This document shows, in pieces, positions 61,769-64,000 of a DNA stretch of 64,000 bases. The stretch comes from Candidatus Heimdallarchaeota archaeon. GTDB taxonomy: Archaea > Asgardarchaeota > Heimdallarchaeia > Hodarchaeales > Hodarchaeaceae. The notes below the pieces were generated by a model. It ran no database searches. It was not told where the DNA came from and worked only from the letters and a program-made list of their open reading frames with translations. The stretch lies in the NCBI GenBank assembly GCA_011364965.1, contig RDOB01000002.1, forward strand, positions 448,001-512,000, given 5' to 3'. Each line of letters begins with the position of its first letter. Positions within the stretch are counted from its first letter, which is position 1. Made by a program: the position numbers and the translations under genes.

Positions 61769-63163
61769 TTGGAATTAAATTTGAATTTAACCATACAAAG
61801 AAGGTTAAGAGGAAAACAGCTTATCAAGAAAGTATTCAACCATGAGAAATTAGACGAAATTCCGTGGGTTCCGTTTGCAGGAGTACATGCTGGAGCATTA
61901 ATGGGCTATAGTGCCACTGAAATACTAACAGATGGTAATAAACTACTTGAAGCACTCCTCAAAGTGAACAAATCCTATCACCCTGATGGTCAACCTATTA
62001 CTTTTGATCTGCAAATAGAAGCTGAAATATTGGGGTGTGAATTGAAATGGTCAGAGAAAGCACCCCCCATGGTTTCCTCTCACCCTCTTTCTGAGGATGA
62101 GAATATCCCTAATTACATTCCTAAAAAGACAGATGGCCGGCTTCCCTTAATCCTAGATGTAATGAAACGATTTCAGGAAATTGTTGGTGATGATACTGCG
62201 CTTTTCGGACTGGTTTGCGGCCCTTTAACACTTGCATCCCATCTTCGAGGGATTAATTTATATCTAGATTTAATTTCAAACAAGTTTTATGCTCATAAGT
62301 TACTTAAATACACCACGAATATAGCAATTCAAATAGCAAAATATTATATTAATGCTGGGATGGACATTATAGCTATCGTGGATCCTGTGGTATCCCAAAT
62401 TTCCCCAAAAACCTTCGATGAATTTTTAACTTCTCAATTAAAAGAGATTTTTCAGTATATTCATTCAGAGAATTGTTTGTCATCTTTTTTTGTCTGTGGA
62501 GATGCAACTAAGAATTTGGAGCCTATGTGTAAGACTGGCCCTCAATCTATTTTTATTGATGAAAACATCAACATGGTAGATGCTTATAAAATCATTTCTT
62601 CTTATCACATAATCCTAGGGGGTAATATTCCTTTAACAACAGTCATGCTATTTGGAACTCAACAAGATACTATGCTTTATGTTGTTGATTTGTTAGAAAA
62701 ACTAGGGTCAAATAGTGGTATAATAATTGCTCCAGGGTGCGACATGCCTTATGATGTCCCTCCTGAGAATGTTATTGGAGCAGTTCAAGCAATTCATGAA
62801 CCTGAACTAATTAGGAAATCCTTGATGGAATATAAAAATACTTCTTTTGATTTAGAAATAAAATTACCCGATTATGATCAATTGGAGTCTCCTTTAATTG
62901 AGGTTTTTACAATAGATTCAGCTGTATGCGCAGCGTGTGGGTATACCTTGGAAATGGCCAAAGAAGCGAAGAAATACTTTGGAAACCAAATAGAATTAAA
63001 GGAGTACAAGCTTACTGAGAAGGAAAACATTGTAAGAGCAAGAAAACTTGAAATAGCGAATGTACCCTGTATTTTAATTAATGGGAAAGTAAAATATTCG
63101 TCATTAATTCCCTCTAAGGATGAATTAATTAGGGAAGTGGAAAGGAATTTCCCCTGTTCTTAA
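61769..63163 (+). CDS. UroD/MtaA-CmuA family protein with a C-terminal thioredoxin-like domain
   Basis: EAEILGC, GPLTLASHLRG, FVCGD, GGNIP, APGCDMP; C-terminal CAAC...VPCILING. Confidence 0.85.
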   Translation: MELNLNLTIQRRLRGKQLIKKVFNHEKLDEIPWVPFAGVHAGALMGYSATEILTDGNKLLEALLKVNKSYHPDGQPITFDLQIEAEILGCELKWSEKAPPMVSSHPLSEDENIPNYIPKKTDGRLPLILDVMKRFQEIVGDDTALFGLVCGPLTLASHLRGINLYLDLISNKFYAHKLLKYTTNIAIQIAKYYINAGMDIIAIVDPVVSQISPKTFDEFLTSQLKEIFQYIHSENCLSSFFVCGDATKNLEPMCKTGPQSIFIDENINMVDAYKIISSYHIILGGNIPLTTVMLFGTQQDTMLYVVDLLEKLGSNSGIIIAPGCDMPYDVPPENVIGAVQAIHEPELIRKSLMEYKNTSFDLEIKLPDYDQLESPLIEVFTIDSAVCAACGYTLEMAKEAKKYFGNQIELKEYKLTEKENIVRARKLEIANVPCILINGKVKYSSLIPSKDELIREVERNFPCS

Positions 63164-63262
63164 TTAAAGTTGTTTGATGAATATTACAATGATGGAATTT
63201 TCGAAGGATTATGATTTTGAATCTTTAATTTTCATACGTAATTATAATCTGGGTGACAGCAA

Positions 63263-63751
63263 GTGTCTGATGAAGAGAAATTATCAAGGATTGAATGGCA
63301 TAGAAAGATGGCAGTTCAATTCTTTAATCAAACCTGGGATATATTGGATAAAAAAGAGCGAACTGAAGACGACAATAATCGGATGATCCATTTAACTCAT
63401 GGATCAGCCTTACATTGGAATATCGTTGTTGAATCAGGTAAGTACTCTGATTGTGGTCCTCTTAATCTAGAGCGAGGAGAATGGCAAATATCACGAGTTT
63501 ATTCTGTAGTAGGAAATCTTGAATCGGCTTTATATCATGCTCAGCGGTGTCTAAAGATTTGTAAAGCTAATAAAATTGAGGATTTCGATATAGCGTTTGC
63601 ATATGAAGCAATGGCTCGTGTTTTTTCTCTTTCGGGGAATACTAGTGAAACAGAAAAATATATAAAACTCGCACAAGAGGCAGGAACCGCTATTAAGGAT
63701 GAAAAAGACAAGGAGTACTTTTTCAATGAATTGAGTAGTATATTAGTATAA
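63263..63751 (+). CDS. Hypothetical helical (TPR-like) protein
   Basis: HRKMAVQFFNQTW, RGEWQISRVYS, AFAYEAMAR. Confidence 0.75.
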   Translation: MSDEEKLSRIEWHRKMAVQFFNQTWDILDKKERTEDDNNRMIHLTHGSALHWNIVVESGKYSDCGPLNLERGEWQISRVYSVVGNLESALYHAQRCLKICKANKIEDFDIAFAYEAMARVFSLSGNTSETEKYIKLAQEAGTAIKDEKDKEYFFNELSSILV

Positions 63752-63865
63752 TAGATTATAATAAATGAAATTTTTATTCAGATATTTATTTACTACCGTA
63801 ATATAAACCATTTTTTAGATTCCTTTTTCTCCTTCCCCTAAAAATTTCTCAAAGGATGTCCTTCA

Positions 63866-64000
63866 TTGCCTCTAATAGAACTGATACAAAGTGTGTTTCT
63901 TGCATTTTTCACTGTTTTTTTAATGGAAATTGGTGATAAAACTCAACTAACCGCGTTTACCTTAGGTTTAAAATATCGTAGCCCTTGGAAGGTTTTTTTT
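63866..64000 (+). CDS. TMEM165/GDT1 (UPF0016) family transporter, 3'-truncated by the window
   Basis: Reads LPLIELIQSVFLAFFTVFLMEIGDKTQLTAFTLG; EIGDKT is the family motif. Not in the ORF track. Confidence 0.85.
   Translation, partial: MPLIELIQSVFLAFFTVFLMEIGDKTQLTAFTLGLKYRSPWKVFF

Noticed and set aside
1-64000. CRISPR arrays, tRNA/rRNA genes, transposases/integrases, and the many short antisense ORFs in the track
   Set aside because: No regularly spaced repeats, GC-rich structural RNA blocks or transposase motifs were seen by eye. The short ORFs overlap well-supported genes on the opposite strand or in another frame.

Overview
AT-rich, gene-dense archaeal DNA, most consistent with an Asgard (Heimdallarchaeia/Hodarchaeales-like) genome. 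That assignment is an inference from the PGF-type C-terminal surface anchors, a CxxxY-type CcmE, a longin-like/Arf GTPase fusion and an alpha-solenoid-RING protein. The window has four parts. (1) 1-18100 is a redox/heme region: xanthine-dehydrogenase-family Mo-enzyme subunits, a decayed membrane-protein gene, an HxlR regulator divergent from a surface-anchored 7-heme cytochrome c with two GTTAC-N6-GTAAC boxes between them, a ccmF-E-C-D-A-B cluster, and a His-rich heme-copper-oxidase-like membrane protein beside heme O synthase. (2) 18227-24482 holds housekeeping genes: phosphoesterase, eutA, topA, cyclase and a ferritin-like protein. (3) About 24800-50700 is an uncharacterised membrane machine embedded among glycan-active genes, and is the best candidate for a new system. 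It has two MacB/LolD-type ATPases, a minimal FtsX permease, a giant M28-pseudopeptidase-FtsX fusion whose start codon is separated from the main frame by a T10 tract, two paralogous OPT-like transporters, a PqqD/RRE-like protein, paired (alpha/alpha)6-barrel enzymes (one cytoplasmic, one surface-anchored), paired surface proteins, a CBM-like phosphoesterase and a GH130. (4) 50914-64000 holds eukaryote-like and metabolic/signalling genes. No rRNA, tRNA, CRISPR array or transposase was recognised. All family assignments come from motif recognition, without database searches.
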